Positions 54,178-63,077 of a stretch of 64,000 bases of DNA are shown here, in pieces. The notes beneath the pieces were generated by a model, which saw nothing but the letters and a program-made list of their open reading frames with translations, was not told the origin of the DNA and ran no database searches. Source of the stretch: Terracidiphilus sp. (GTDB taxonomy: Bacteria > Acidobacteriota > Terriglobia > Terriglobales > Acidobacteriaceae). Numbering within the stretch: position 1 is the stretch's first letter; every line of letters starts with the position of its first letter. Made by a program: the position numbers and the translations under genes. The DNA is taken from positions 7,199-71,198 of the forward strand of contig DASYZU010000020.1 of assembly GCA_035945795.1 (NCBI GenBank), given 5' to 3'.

Positions 54178-54388
54178 GGCATCCACGGGCAGAGCGTGGG
54201 CCTTATAGCGTGAGCCGCTCAAGGTGGCAGGCCAGTTCCGGATTCTCAATCGAGATCATCGTGTCTACGTGATCGGGCGGCAGATGTCCTTTTTGATTCG
54301 CCCTCGTTCAGAAGTCTTCTGGATGGGCTCCCGAGACTGTTACACTGCGCCTGTCGCCCCGGCAGATCCCGGGGGCTTCCTCATTTGT
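54178..54388 (-). mobile_element. Internally deleted IS200/IS605-family (TnpA, HUH Y1) mini-element
   Basis: Minus strand: hairpin CCCCGG-atctg-CCGGGG (54357-54373), then GHLPPDHVDTMISI (54248-54289; compare TnpA GHLMPDHVHMLISI), then TTGAGCGGCTCAC and hairpin CCACG-ctctgcc-CGTGG. Exact ends are approximate. Confidence 0.7.
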
Positions 54389-54558
54389 CTAAGGAAGACA
54401 AGTCAAATGGCAATTCCATTAGAAAGCGATATGGCGCCCATTTGGCGCGGCGATGCATAGCTAACCAACGCAGCCTTCCGCCTTGGTCTCCCCACGGCGG
54501 TCCGGGATTGAACGGATAGAACGTTAGCACAAGGACATCCGAAGAACAGGATGAACGT

Positions 54559-56313
54559 GTGTCTTGTTGCGACGAATCTTGGAGGTACAGCTTGAGGGCA
54601 AGCGGACCAGCGCAGGTTCTTCTGATTTCAGCTTTTTTGATGGCTCCGGTCGCAGGTCCGGCGCAGATGGATGATGGGACTCTTCCGGATGCACCGGGTG
54701 TATTTACGGCGAAGGCAGGTTCGAGCGACACTTCGGCCCCTGCATGGCCGCTGGCTTTGGCTGCGGACGCCAGGAGTTTCGACGAGGGGCGAGTCCGTCT
54801 TAAGCCCTTTTCGCAGGAAGAGAGCCTTGCGGCACGACCGTGGCTGACAGGAGCGGCGGATGTCTATGAAAGGGGAAATGGCAGCCCGGCGCAGGGCGTG
54901 CATATCAACATCGATGCCCTGATGGCGAGGATGAACCGGCCGAGTGGAGAGAATGCGGAAGCCGGGGTTGGAGGCGCGGACCTGGCTCCGCGCGCCGAGC
55001 GGTACCACTGGAAGGGGCTGCTGTGGGAGTCGTTCGCGTTCTTTGGAGTGGAAAACACCCAGCGTCTGTTGTCCGACCCGTATTTCCGATACCTGACAGC
55101 GGACAGGCCCTTCTGGCACGACTACATTGCATCACTGAAGCATTGGAACTGGAGACGCTGGGATGACGGCGACGATTTTCTGGTGGCTTATGTAGCGCAC
55201 CCGCTTCAGGGTTCGGTGACGGAGTTCATTGAGATCCAGAACGACCCGCGCGGACGCGAATTGCGCATCGATGACGGCCGCCCTTACTGGAGGAGCCAGT
55301 TTCATGCCTTCCTGTGGGCGACGGCTTACAGCTTTGATCAAAAGCTCGGCCCCCTGGGCGAGGCGGCTCTGGGTTCCGAGGGCGGATACAATTACGTGAT
55401 CGGCTGCCCGTATCCCTGTCCAGCCTATAACGCCAATCCGAGCCAGTTCAAGGTTACGAATAACACGGGATGGGTGAAGCTGGTATCAACTCCCGTCGTG
55501 GGCACAGTCTGGACGCTGATGGAGGATGGTTTGGACCGCTGGATCAGTGACCGGGTCCAGGACGACAACCTTCACGCGAATTTTCCCAAGGTTCTGCGTG
55601 GGGCGCTGAATCCCGCGCGGACAATGGCGAATCTGATGCGCTGGCGAGTCCCCTGGTACCGAGACTTCCAGCATGACGCGACCAATGTTTACCTTACGCC
55701 CGCCCCACATTTCCTGCCTGGGGACGATGCAGTGATTCTGGCCGTGCCCCACTCCGAGGTGTTTCCTCACTTCAACAGCATCTCTCTTCCGGTGAACACG
55801 GCAAGCTGCTTGCCCTGCCGGGAGATGACCAAAGGATATGGCCTGGAACTTGCGACGCGTATGGCGACTTACGCAGACCTGGACGCGGATGTTGATTACC
55901 AGCCAAATGCCAGCCCATTGCCGTCGGACCGGGCGGGCGGAAACATCATCATGGGAACGTTTGGGTTGCGGTCAGGGTACACGAACAAATACTTCTCTCT
56001 AAAGGCGTTTCTGCGGCCCGGATTGCTAAGCTACGATCGCGCGTACCAATCAAGCCCGTCCTCGACCAATCCCACGCCGGCGATCGGGCGGATTACGCAC
56101 TTTGCGACCGCGCTGGGCGTGGAGGGCGATGTCACGATCAACCGTCGATTGGCATTGCGGGGAGTAGTAGGGAATACGGCAGTGCGCTATCGCGAACCTA
56201 ATGTTGCCGGTCCCCTCCCTGGCACATATCCTTATTTGAACTGGCTGTCGAAGCTATTTTTTCTGACCAACGAGAATTGGAACTATCAAACGGGCGTTGT
56301 GGCGCGCTTCTGA
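54559..56313 (+). CDS. Probable outer-membrane protein (DUF3943-like domain plus beta-barrel)
   Basis: Signal-like N-terminus, WDDGDDFLVAYVAHPLQGS, C-terminal alternating strand ending in Phe (NWNYQTGVVARF). Start uncertain. Confidence 0.75.
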   Translation: MSCCDESWRYSLRASGPAQVLLISAFLMAPVAGPAQMDDGTLPDAPGVFTAKAGSSDTSAPAWPLALAADARSFDEGRVRLKPFSQEESLAARPWLTGAADVYERGNGSPAQGVHINIDALMARMNRPSGENAEAGVGGADLAPRAERYHWKGLLWESFAFFGVENTQRLLSDPYFRYLTADRPFWHDYIASLKHWNWRRWDDGDDFLVAYVAHPLQGSVTEFIEIQNDPRGRELRIDDGRPYWRSQFHAFLWATAYSFDQKLGPLGEAALGSEGGYNYVIGCPYPCPAYNANPSQFKVTNNTGWVKLVSTPVVGTVWTLMEDGLDRWISDRVQDDNLHANFPKVLRGALNPARTMANLMRWRVPWYRDFQHDATNVYLTPAPHFLPGDDAVILAVPHSEVFPHFNSISLPVNTASCLPCREMTKGYGLELATRMATYADLDADVDYQPNASPLPSDRAGGNIIMGTFGLRSGYTNKYFSLKAFLRPGLLSYDRAYQSSPSSTNPTPAIGRITHFATALGVEGDVTINRRLALRGVVGNTAVRYREPNVAGPLPGTYPYLNWLSKLFFLTNENWNYQTGVVARF

Positions 56314-56353
56314 GAGACAGCGGTTGGCAGCTGTGCGAGGCCGCCCCTAAGCA

Positions 56354-56400
56354 CAATGCAATGACGCTGGGAGCGTAGAACTCCCGGCGTCACTGCATTG
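56354..56400. terminator. Long hairpin between convergent genes
   Basis: CAATGCAATGACGCTGGGAG-cgtagaa-CTCCCGGCGTCACTGCATTG, a 20-bp stem with one mismatch and one G-U pair. Confidence 0.7.
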
Positions 56401-56425
56401 AGGTCGCGTGCTGAGAGCGGGAAGG

Positions 56426-59400
56426 CTACGCTTGCTCCCCCGGCTCGACTTCGCGGTTGCGAGTCAGCAGGAAGTAGACCAGTGGCGTAACGACCAGGCT
56501 GAGGACCATAGAGATGGTGAGGCCTCCGATGACGGCGATGGCCAGCGGTTGCAGCATCTGCGAGCCTGCGCCAAGCGCGAAGGCCAGGGGCAACATGCCG
56601 CAGACCGCTGCAATGGCGGTCATGACGATGGGGCGCAGGCGGCGCTGGGCTGCGTGGAGCATGGCATCGTGTGCGGATGCGCCCTCGGCACGGAATCTCT
56701 CGTCGGCGTCGAGCAGCAGAATGCCGTTCTTGGCTACGATGCCGATGACCATGATGAGCCCCATGAACGAGGCCACATTGAACGTGGTGCGAGTAATCAG
56801 CAGCGCAAAAATGACGCCGGCGATGGAGAGCACCGATGAAGTGAGAATGGCAATGGGTGCCGGGAAGTTGCGGAACTCGGTAAGGAGCACGCCAAAGACC
56901 AGCATCAGCGCCAGGATCAGCACGCGCAGCAGGTCGCGAAATGATTTTTGCTGCTCCTCGTAGGTTCCGCCGTACTCCACACGCACCGAAGCGGGGAGGT
57001 GGAGGCCGGCGACGGTCTGCTGAACCTTGGCCACTCCGGTGCCGAGGTCGGAGCCTTCAAGGCGGCCCGTGACGACAACAAGCCGTTGCAAATTCTCCTT
57101 GCGGATTTCATTTTGCGGCGGCAACTGCTCGACGTTAGCCAGCGAGCCGAGGGAAGCGGTGTGGCCTGAACTGCTGTTGAAGACGGTGTTCTGGATGGCC
57201 TCGAGCGAGGTGCGGGTTTCATTGGCGAGGCGAACGCGGATGGTGTAGGGGCGGCCGTTGGCGATGATCGGATCGGTGGTTTCCACGCCGTCGAGAATTG
57301 CGGTTGCATCCTCGGAGACCTCCGCCGGAGTGAAGCCGAGACGGGCCGCGACGACGGGATCGATCTGGAAGTTAGTGGCCGGGCCGCTGACGGTGTTCAC
57401 GATGCCGTCCTGCACGTCGACGACGCCGGGGATCTTGCCGATGGCATCGCCCACCCTGGGGCCAAGTTGCGCGAGCTGGGCCACGTCGTTTGTAAAGATC
57501 TTGAGCTGGATGGGCTCGGGCGCGTTGGAGAGATCGCCAATCATGTCCTGCAACACCTGGGTGAACTCGATGTCCAGTTCCGGCTCTGTGGTCCTGATCT
57601 GCTGGCGAATATCTGCCATCACTTCATCGATGGAGCGGCTGCGTTTAGCCTTCAGCTTCACGGTAAAGTCGCCGGTGTTGGCTTCGTGAACCGCGTTGAA
57701 TCCCATCTCCATGCCGGTGCGGCGAGAGGTGATTTCCACCTCGGGGGTCGCACGCAGAATGCGCTCGACATGTTCCAGAACGCGGTTGGTTTCGCTCAGC
57801 GAACTGCCGGCGGGCATGATGTAGTCGAGGATGAAGCCGCCCTCGTCCATCTCCGGCAACAGGTCGGAACCAAGTGTGTTGTAACCAGCCCATGTGCCGA
57901 GGACGAGCAGCACACAAGCTCCGCCGACCCACAGCGGCTTTGCCAGCGCCCAGTCGAGTGCGCGCTTGTGGAGATGAAGCACGCGGGTCAGCACGCTCTT
58001 TGGCTTGTGCTTTTCCAGGTCTTTCTCGCTTTCTCCATGGCGCAGCAGCACCATACTCAGTCCGGGCGTCCAGGTCAGGGCCAGCATGAGGGAGGTGAGC
58101 AGGGCCGCGGCCATGGTGATGGCGAGCGCGCGGAAGAAGCTGCCTGTTACGCCGCTGACTGAAACCAGAGGCAGAAAGACAACTACAGGCGTGATAGTGG
58201 AACCGATCAGCGGCGTCGTGATTTCCTTGAGTGCCTTGCGCACGGCTTCATTGCGGTGCTCGCCAGCGTCGCGATGCATCACGATGTTTTCAACCACCAC
58301 GATGGCGTCGTCGATCACCAGTCCGATGGCGGCAGCAAGGCCGCCCAGCGTCATCAGATTGAAGCTCTGTCCGATGCTCCAAAGCACGAGTATGGTGACG
58401 GCGATGGTGACCGGAATGACCAGGCCGGCGACAAGCGAGGATGTCCAGTCGCGCAGGAAGAGGAACAGGATGATGCAAGCAAGGATGAGCCCGATGAAGA
58501 TGGCGTCGCGCACGCTGGAGATGCTGTCGCGCACCAGTTGCGACTGGTCGTAGAAGAGCTCGAGCTTGACGCCCGGCGGCAGTTTTTTGCGCAGTTCAGT
58601 GACCTGCGCAGCCACCGCATCCGCAACAGCGACGGTGTTGCTGGAGGGCTGGCGCGCGATGGTAAGGAGAACCGCGTCCTTGCCCTTCGCTGTCACCGTG
58701 GTGTAGATGGGCAGGGTTCCCTGCACAACTGTGGCCACGTCGGCCACGTGCACTGGAGCGCCCGCGGGCGTGGTCTTGACGACTAGTTGACGCAGTCCAT
58801 CGGCGTCGTGCACCTGCGCGCCCACCAGACCGAGGATCAATTGATGATTGGCCTCGTATAGTCCGGGCGAGTCCACAATGTTCGAAGCCTGTATGGCGTT
58901 CACCAGGTCTGGAATAGTGACGCCCGCGGTCTGCATCAGCGCCAGATTCGGGACCACGTGAAACTCCGGCACCTTGCCGCCCTGCACCAGCACGGTGCTG
59001 ACGCCCGGCACGCGATTCAACGGCGGCTTCAGATCGTAAGTAGCAATCTCCCAAAGCTGTGTCTGCGGAATGGTGTCGGAGGTGAGGCTGTAGCCGAGAA
59101 TCGGAAATGTGGCAAAGGTGAGCCGATTGGAGGTGATCTTGGCCGTGGGCGGCAGCGTTTGCTCCACCTTTGACAGCGCCGCATCCACCAACTGGAGCGA
59201 CTGGAACATGTCCACATTCCAGTTGAAGAAGAGGCTGACCTCAGCCTGGCCGCGGCTGGTAATGGAGCGAACAGTGACCAGGCCCGGCACGGTGTTCACA
59301 GCGTCCTCAATGGGCTTGGTGATGGTCACCTGCATCTGCTCGAGCGGCATTACTCCGTTGTCGACGCCAATGACCACGCGGGGAAAGTTGGTCTCGGGAA

Positions 59401-59551
59401 AAACAGAGATGGGCACCTGGAAGGCAAAGTAGACGCCCGCCACGGTAAGAACCGCCGCGAAAAAGAAGATGGTGCGCGTGGACCGGGCCAGCCAGAACGG
59501 CTTTTCAGTAGCAGACATGCCGGAGCGAGCGCCGGGCTCTTCATTCGGCAT
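56426..59551 (-). CDS. RND efflux permease (AcrB/CusA-CzcA family)
   Basis: FPETNFPRVVI, ITKPIEDAVN, GLVIDDAIVVVENI, VFLPL...GSFFRALA, KNGILL, RRLRPIVMT, LQPLAIAVIGG. Confidence 0.95.
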   Translation of the reverse strand: MPNEEPGARSGMSATEKPFWLARSTRTIFFFAAVLTVAGVYFAFQVPISVFPETNFPRVVIGVDNGVMPLEQMQVTITKPIEDAVNTVPGLVTVRSITSRGQAEVSLFFNWNVDMFQSLQLVDAALSKVEQTLPPTAKITSNRLTFATFPILGYSLTSDTIPQTQLWEIATYDLKPPLNRVPGVSTVLVQGGKVPEFHVVPNLALMQTAGVTIPDLVNAIQASNIVDSPGLYEANHQLILGLVGAQVHDADGLRQLVVKTTPAGAPVHVADVATVVQGTLPIYTTVTAKGKDAVLLTIARQPSSNTVAVADAVAAQVTELRKKLPPGVKLELFYDQSQLVRDSISSVRDAIFIGLILACIILFLFLRDWTSSLVAGLVIPVTIAVTILVLWSIGQSFNLMTLGGLAAAIGLVIDDAIVVVENIVMHRDAGEHRNEAVRKALKEITTPLIGSTITPVVVFLPLVSVSGVTGSFFRALAITMAAALLTSLMLALTWTPGLSMVLLRHGESEKDLEKHKPKSVLTRVLHLHKRALDWALAKPLWVGGACVLLVLGTWAGYNTLGSDLLPEMDEGGFILDYIMPAGSSLSETNRVLEHVERILRATPEVEITSRRTGMEMGFNAVHEANTGDFTVKLKAKRSRSIDEVMADIRQQIRTTEPELDIEFTQVLQDMIGDLSNAPEPIQLKIFTNDVAQLAQLGPRVGDAIGKIPGVVDVQDGIVNTVSGPATNFQIDPVVAARLGFTPAEVSEDATAILDGVETTDPIIANGRPYTIRVRLANETRTSLEAIQNTVFNSSSGHTASLGSLANVEQLPPQNEIRKENLQRLVVVTGRLEGSDLGTGVAKVQQTVAGLHLPASVRVEYGGTYEEQQKSFRDLLRVLILALMLVFGVLLTEFRNFPAPIAILTSSVLSIAGVIFALLITRTTFNVASFMGLIMVIGIVAKNGILLLDADERFRAEGASAHDAMLHAAQRRLRPIVMTAIAAVCGMLPLAFALGAGSQMLQPLAIAVIGGLTISMVLSLVVTPLVYFLLTRNREVEPGEQA

Positions 59552-60878
59552 CAGTCGCCCCCTTGGCCTTGCCGGCCGCGGGCGTTTCTTCCTCGGCCGC
59601 CGGACCCACTTTTACCTTTGTGCCATCGTCCAGGCCGTAGGCCCCGCCGGTGATGACGAGGTCCGTTGCCCCAAGCCCGCTGGTCACCTGCACGTCTTCG
59701 GCGTCGGCAATGCCCAGGGTGACAGGCTTGCGATGCGCCGTGCCATCGTCGCCAACAACCATCACCGATTTGCTTCCGTCCAGCGCGGTCTGAATCGAGA
59801 TCGCCGGAACCTTCCACGCTTTCTTAACAGTCCTGCCGGTGATGGATACCTTCACCGGCGTGCCCACTTTGAGCTTTCCCGCCTTGTTGTCGATCTTGAG
59901 CCAGACTTCGACGGTGGTGCTGCCGGGGTCGAGCGCCGGGCTGATGAGAGAGACCTTTCCCACCACAGGATCGGCGAGTCCCGGCACGTGAACCGACGCT
60001 TCGTCGTCCACCTTCATCTGCTGAGCGAGGCTTTGCGCAATGTGGGTTTTTGCGAGCAGCGTCGAGGTTTCCATCACCGTAATCAGCGGCGCTCCTGCAG
60101 CAGCGGTTTCGCCTGCGAACAGTGGCCGGTCAGTAACGACGCCGTCAATAGGACTGTGAATCTCTGAATAATTCACCGCGGCCTCAGCGCCCTTGTATTT
60201 GCCTTCGGCAGAAGTCAGCTGCCCCTGCGCGGACTTGAGTGCTGCTTCACGGCTCACGCTGCGCACCGATTCCAAATGCTTTGCCGCTGCGTCGTAAGCC
60301 GCCTGGGCCTGCACCAGCGCGGCGGCGGCCGTATCCAAGTCGCGGCCCGGAATTGCCCCTTCGGCAAAGAGTTGCTTGCGGCTCTTGACGATGCTCAGAT
60401 TCAGATCGAGGTTTGCCTTAGTCTGCGCTACATCCGACTCGGCCTTGAGCGTATCCTCCGGCACCTGCGCCCTGGTCGCAGTATCGTAGGCTGCCTGCGC
60501 CGCCACGTATGAGCCCTTGTTGTCCATTGCCGCCGCAGCCAGATCGTTGTTCTCCAGGGTGGCCAGCAACTGGCCGACTTTCACGCGCGTTCCGCGCTGC
60601 ACGTAGAACTTGCGCACCGGCGCGCTGATCTTGGGCTCGATGGCCGCCTGCGCCAGCGGCGCGAGCACCGCATCGGCGTCAATATGCTCGGCGATCGGCC
60701 CCTGCTCCGGATGCTCGGCCTGCACAGTCACCAGCGGCTCCGGTTCGGTCTCCTTCTTGCAGCCCGGTAAAAGCGCCACAGGAAGCGCCATGGCGCAGAG
60801 CAAAACCCAGCGCGGCTTGAAGCAATGCGCCTGAGGTGTTTGATTCCAACTTTTCAATATTGCAAATCCACTCGTCAT
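59541..60878 (-). CDS. RND periplasmic adaptor (membrane fusion) lipoprotein
   Basis: Lipobox LLPGC, VQRGTRVKVGQLLATL, IHSPIDGVV, GKVSLISPALDPGSTT. Confidence 0.93.
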   Translation of the reverse strand: MTSGFAILKSWNQTPQAHCFKPRWVLLCAMALPVALLPGCKKETEPEPLVTVQAEHPEQGPIAEHIDADAVLAPLAQAAIEPKISAPVRKFYVQRGTRVKVGQLLATLENNDLAAAAMDNKGSYVAAQAAYDTATRAQVPEDTLKAESDVAQTKANLDLNLSIVKSRKQLFAEGAIPGRDLDTAAAALVQAQAAYDAAAKHLESVRSVSREAALKSAQGQLTSAEGKYKGAEAAVNYSEIHSPIDGVVTDRPLFAGETAAAGAPLITVMETSTLLAKTHIAQSLAQQMKVDDEASVHVPGLADPVVGKVSLISPALDPGSTTVEVWLKIDNKAGKLKVGTPVKVSITGRTVKKAWKVPAISIQTALDGSKSVMVVGDDGTAHRKPVTLGIADAEDVQVTSGLGATDLVITGGAYGLDDGTKVKVGPAAEEETPAAGKAKGATDAE

Positions 60879-60924
60879 GCTGCTCGTTTTCCTGCTGCTA
60901 ATTTTCCTGCTCTTACCTTTAGTA

Positions 60925-62325
60925 CTACATGGTGCCCGTCAACATCTGCAGATCGGCCAACGCGGCCTCGTAGCGCACCCTTCCGTCTTCGCGGGCATTC
61001 TGGGCGATCACAAAGGCGCTTTGCGCATCCACCACTTCAAGCACCGTTGCCTCGCCGCCGGTGTAACGCAGTTTGGTCAGGCGTAGGCTTTCGCCGGCGC
61101 TGGCCACGCTGGCGTCGAGCGAGGCGAACTGGTCGCGCGCCGCTACGGCCTCTGAGTAGGCCTCGTCCAGCCGGGCAATCAGATGCCGCTGCGTAGAGCT
61201 GAGAGCCACCTGCGCGGCGCCGCGGCGTATCTCGCTCTGCTTTACACGGTGCTCGGTCGAAAGCCAGTCCCACACCGGAATGTCGAGCGTTACGCTGGCC
61301 GAGTAGCCCAGGTTGCGCACCTTGTCGGGTCCGTTGAATGCAAGCTGCGGAGCGTCGATGCCGTAGGTCACGTTCAACCCAAGGTCGGGCAGGTAGGCCG
61401 CCCGCGCCGCCAGTACATCGGCGTTGCTCACACTCAGCGCCGCCAACGCACTCTTCAGCTCCGGATTGTTCTTGCCCGCGGCCTGTTCCACATCCTCGCG
61501 CGAGGCCAGCGGCGGCGCGGCGTCCGGCGCCTGCAGCGTGTATGCAGTGCGCGGGTCGGGAAACAGCAGCACGCCCAGTTCAAGCCGCGCTTTTTCGGCA
61601 GCCACTTTGGCATCTTCGAAATCGCGTACCCGCTGCTGCTCCGTCAGTTGAGCTTTCACCACGTCAGCATGAGCGGACTCGCGTGCCTGTTCGCGTTCGT
61701 CGGTCAATTTTGTAAAATCCGCAGCTTCCTGGCGGGCTCGCTCGGCAACCGTCAGCTTGTGATCTGCCGCCAGCGAGCCGTAGAACAGTCCGGTGACCGC
61801 GGCGATCAGTCCGCGCCTCGACACTTCCAGCTCGGCTGCGGCGAACGCTGACGCCGCATCGGCCCGGCGAACTCCGGCCAACCCTGCCAGCCCAAACGTC
61901 TCATTGACCGAGGCCTGGCTGGCGTACTCGTGCACCGCGTTGTTGGCAATGAACTTTTGTACGGGCTCTGAGCCTGTGGTGGTGGCAATGCCGTTGGGCT
62001 GCGTGTAAATGGCCTGGTTGTGATAAACCACGCCGGGCAACAGGGCGCCACGCGCAATATAACGGTCGAGCGAAGAAACTCTATTCTGAGCCAACGCTGC
62101 TGCATACATGGGCTCGTTGGCCTCGGCGCGATGGATTGCCTCGTCGAGAGTGATAACCACGGGGGCGGTGACAACCGACTGGGCCGGGGCCGAAGGAGCG
62201 GTGTCGCCCGGTGCCTGGGCGTGGACCGAAAGTGTCGCTGCCGCAGCCAACAGCGAAAGGGCGAGGCCGCCAGCCAGGTATCCAAAACGCCGCCGTCTTT
62301 TTTCGTGCGGGAAATTCTCCTGCAT
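60925..62325 (-). CDS. TolC-family outer-membrane efflux protein
   Basis: ITLDEAIHRA, AAYLPDL, LDIPVWDW, LRYTGGEATVLEVVDAQ. Start 62325 or 62343. Confidence 0.93.
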   Translation of the reverse strand: MQENFPHEKRRRRFGYLAGGLALSLLAAAATLSVHAQAPGDTAPSAPAQSVVTAPVVITLDEAIHRAEANEPMYAAALAQNRVSSLDRYIARGALLPGVVYHNQAIYTQPNGIATTTGSEPVQKFIANNAVHEYASQASVNETFGLAGLAGVRRADAASAFAAAELEVSRRGLIAAVTGLFYGSLAADHKLTVAERARQEAADFTKLTDEREQARESAHADVVKAQLTEQQRVRDFEDAKVAAEKARLELGVLLFPDPRTAYTLQAPDAAPPLASREDVEQAAGKNNPELKSALAALSVSNADVLAARAAYLPDLGLNVTYGIDAPQLAFNGPDKVRNLGYSASVTLDIPVWDWLSTEHRVKQSEIRRGAAQVALSSTQRHLIARLDEAYSEAVAARDQFASLDASVASAGESLRLTKLRYTGGEATVLEVVDAQSAFVIAQNAREDGRVRYEAALADLQMLTGTM

Positions 62326-62477
62326 GGTCACACTCAGAAGCATACAATCGCCGCCTGAATTTTTCCTGAATCTGACTAAAACTTCAGGGACGTGTTCCCA
62401 CGGATTCGGTGACCGGTCTTGCTCTTCTCAAGATTTCCCCGCCCTTCCCCGGCCCGTCTCTGCGATACTACTGAGTT

Positions 62478-63029
62478 ATGCCAATTGCTGATCTGCAACA
62501 AGCTGCCCAAAAGATTGCTGGATTTCTTGCCACTCTGAACAAGCTTGGCGGAATGCGCCTCAAATACCGCATCACGGCCGGAGAAGGCGCTCGCGATCCC
62601 GAGGGCCTGGAGGCCCGCCAGATTTATGTGGAACTGGGCGGACCCGACGTGCCCCTGGTAACCCAGCACAACGGCGAGTTGCTGCGTGCCCTGGAGACGA
62701 TTACCGCACAGATGCTCCGTCTGGACCAGCGCGAGAACGACCTGGTGAGCTTTGACGCCGCCAACTTCAAGGCGCTGCAAGCCCAGGAACTGCGGCTTCA
62801 GGCTGAAATAGCGACGGAAAAGGTGCTCAAAAGCGGCATCCCCTACGCGTTTCCGCCCATGAACAGCCGCGAGCGGAGACTGCTGCATCTCGCATTCCGA
62901 TCACTTGAAGGCGTGGAGACAGCCAGCAGCGGCGAGGGGCAGGATCGTTTTCTTGCCGTGTTTCCAGCGGGCAAGACCAACCTGCCTGTGACGCCGCCAG
63001 TCAAGCCGAGAGGCTTCGGGCGCAGGTAG
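62478..63029 (+). CDS. Jag/EloR(KhpB)-like RNA-binding protein (KH plus R3H), lacking Jag_N
   Basis: GELLRALE (KH-like), FPPMNSRERRLLHLAF (R3H), TASSGEGQDRFLAV. Confidence 0.88.
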   Translation: MPIADLQQAAQKIAGFLATLNKLGGMRLKYRITAGEGARDPEGLEARQIYVELGGPDVPLVTQHNGELLRALETITAQMLRLDQRENDLVSFDAANFKALQAQELRLQAEIATEKVLKSGIPYAFPPMNSRERRLLHLAFRSLEGVETASSGEGQDRFLAVFPAGKTNLPVTPPVKPRGFGRR

Positions 63030-63077
63030 GCCGTGCGGGGCTGACGACGGGCCTTAGGTATGCCACAATACCCACCT

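Noticed and set aside
54224-54460. 78-aa plus-strand ORF MAGQFRIL...
   Set aside because: It lies antisense across the IS200 remnant and has no RBS or motif.
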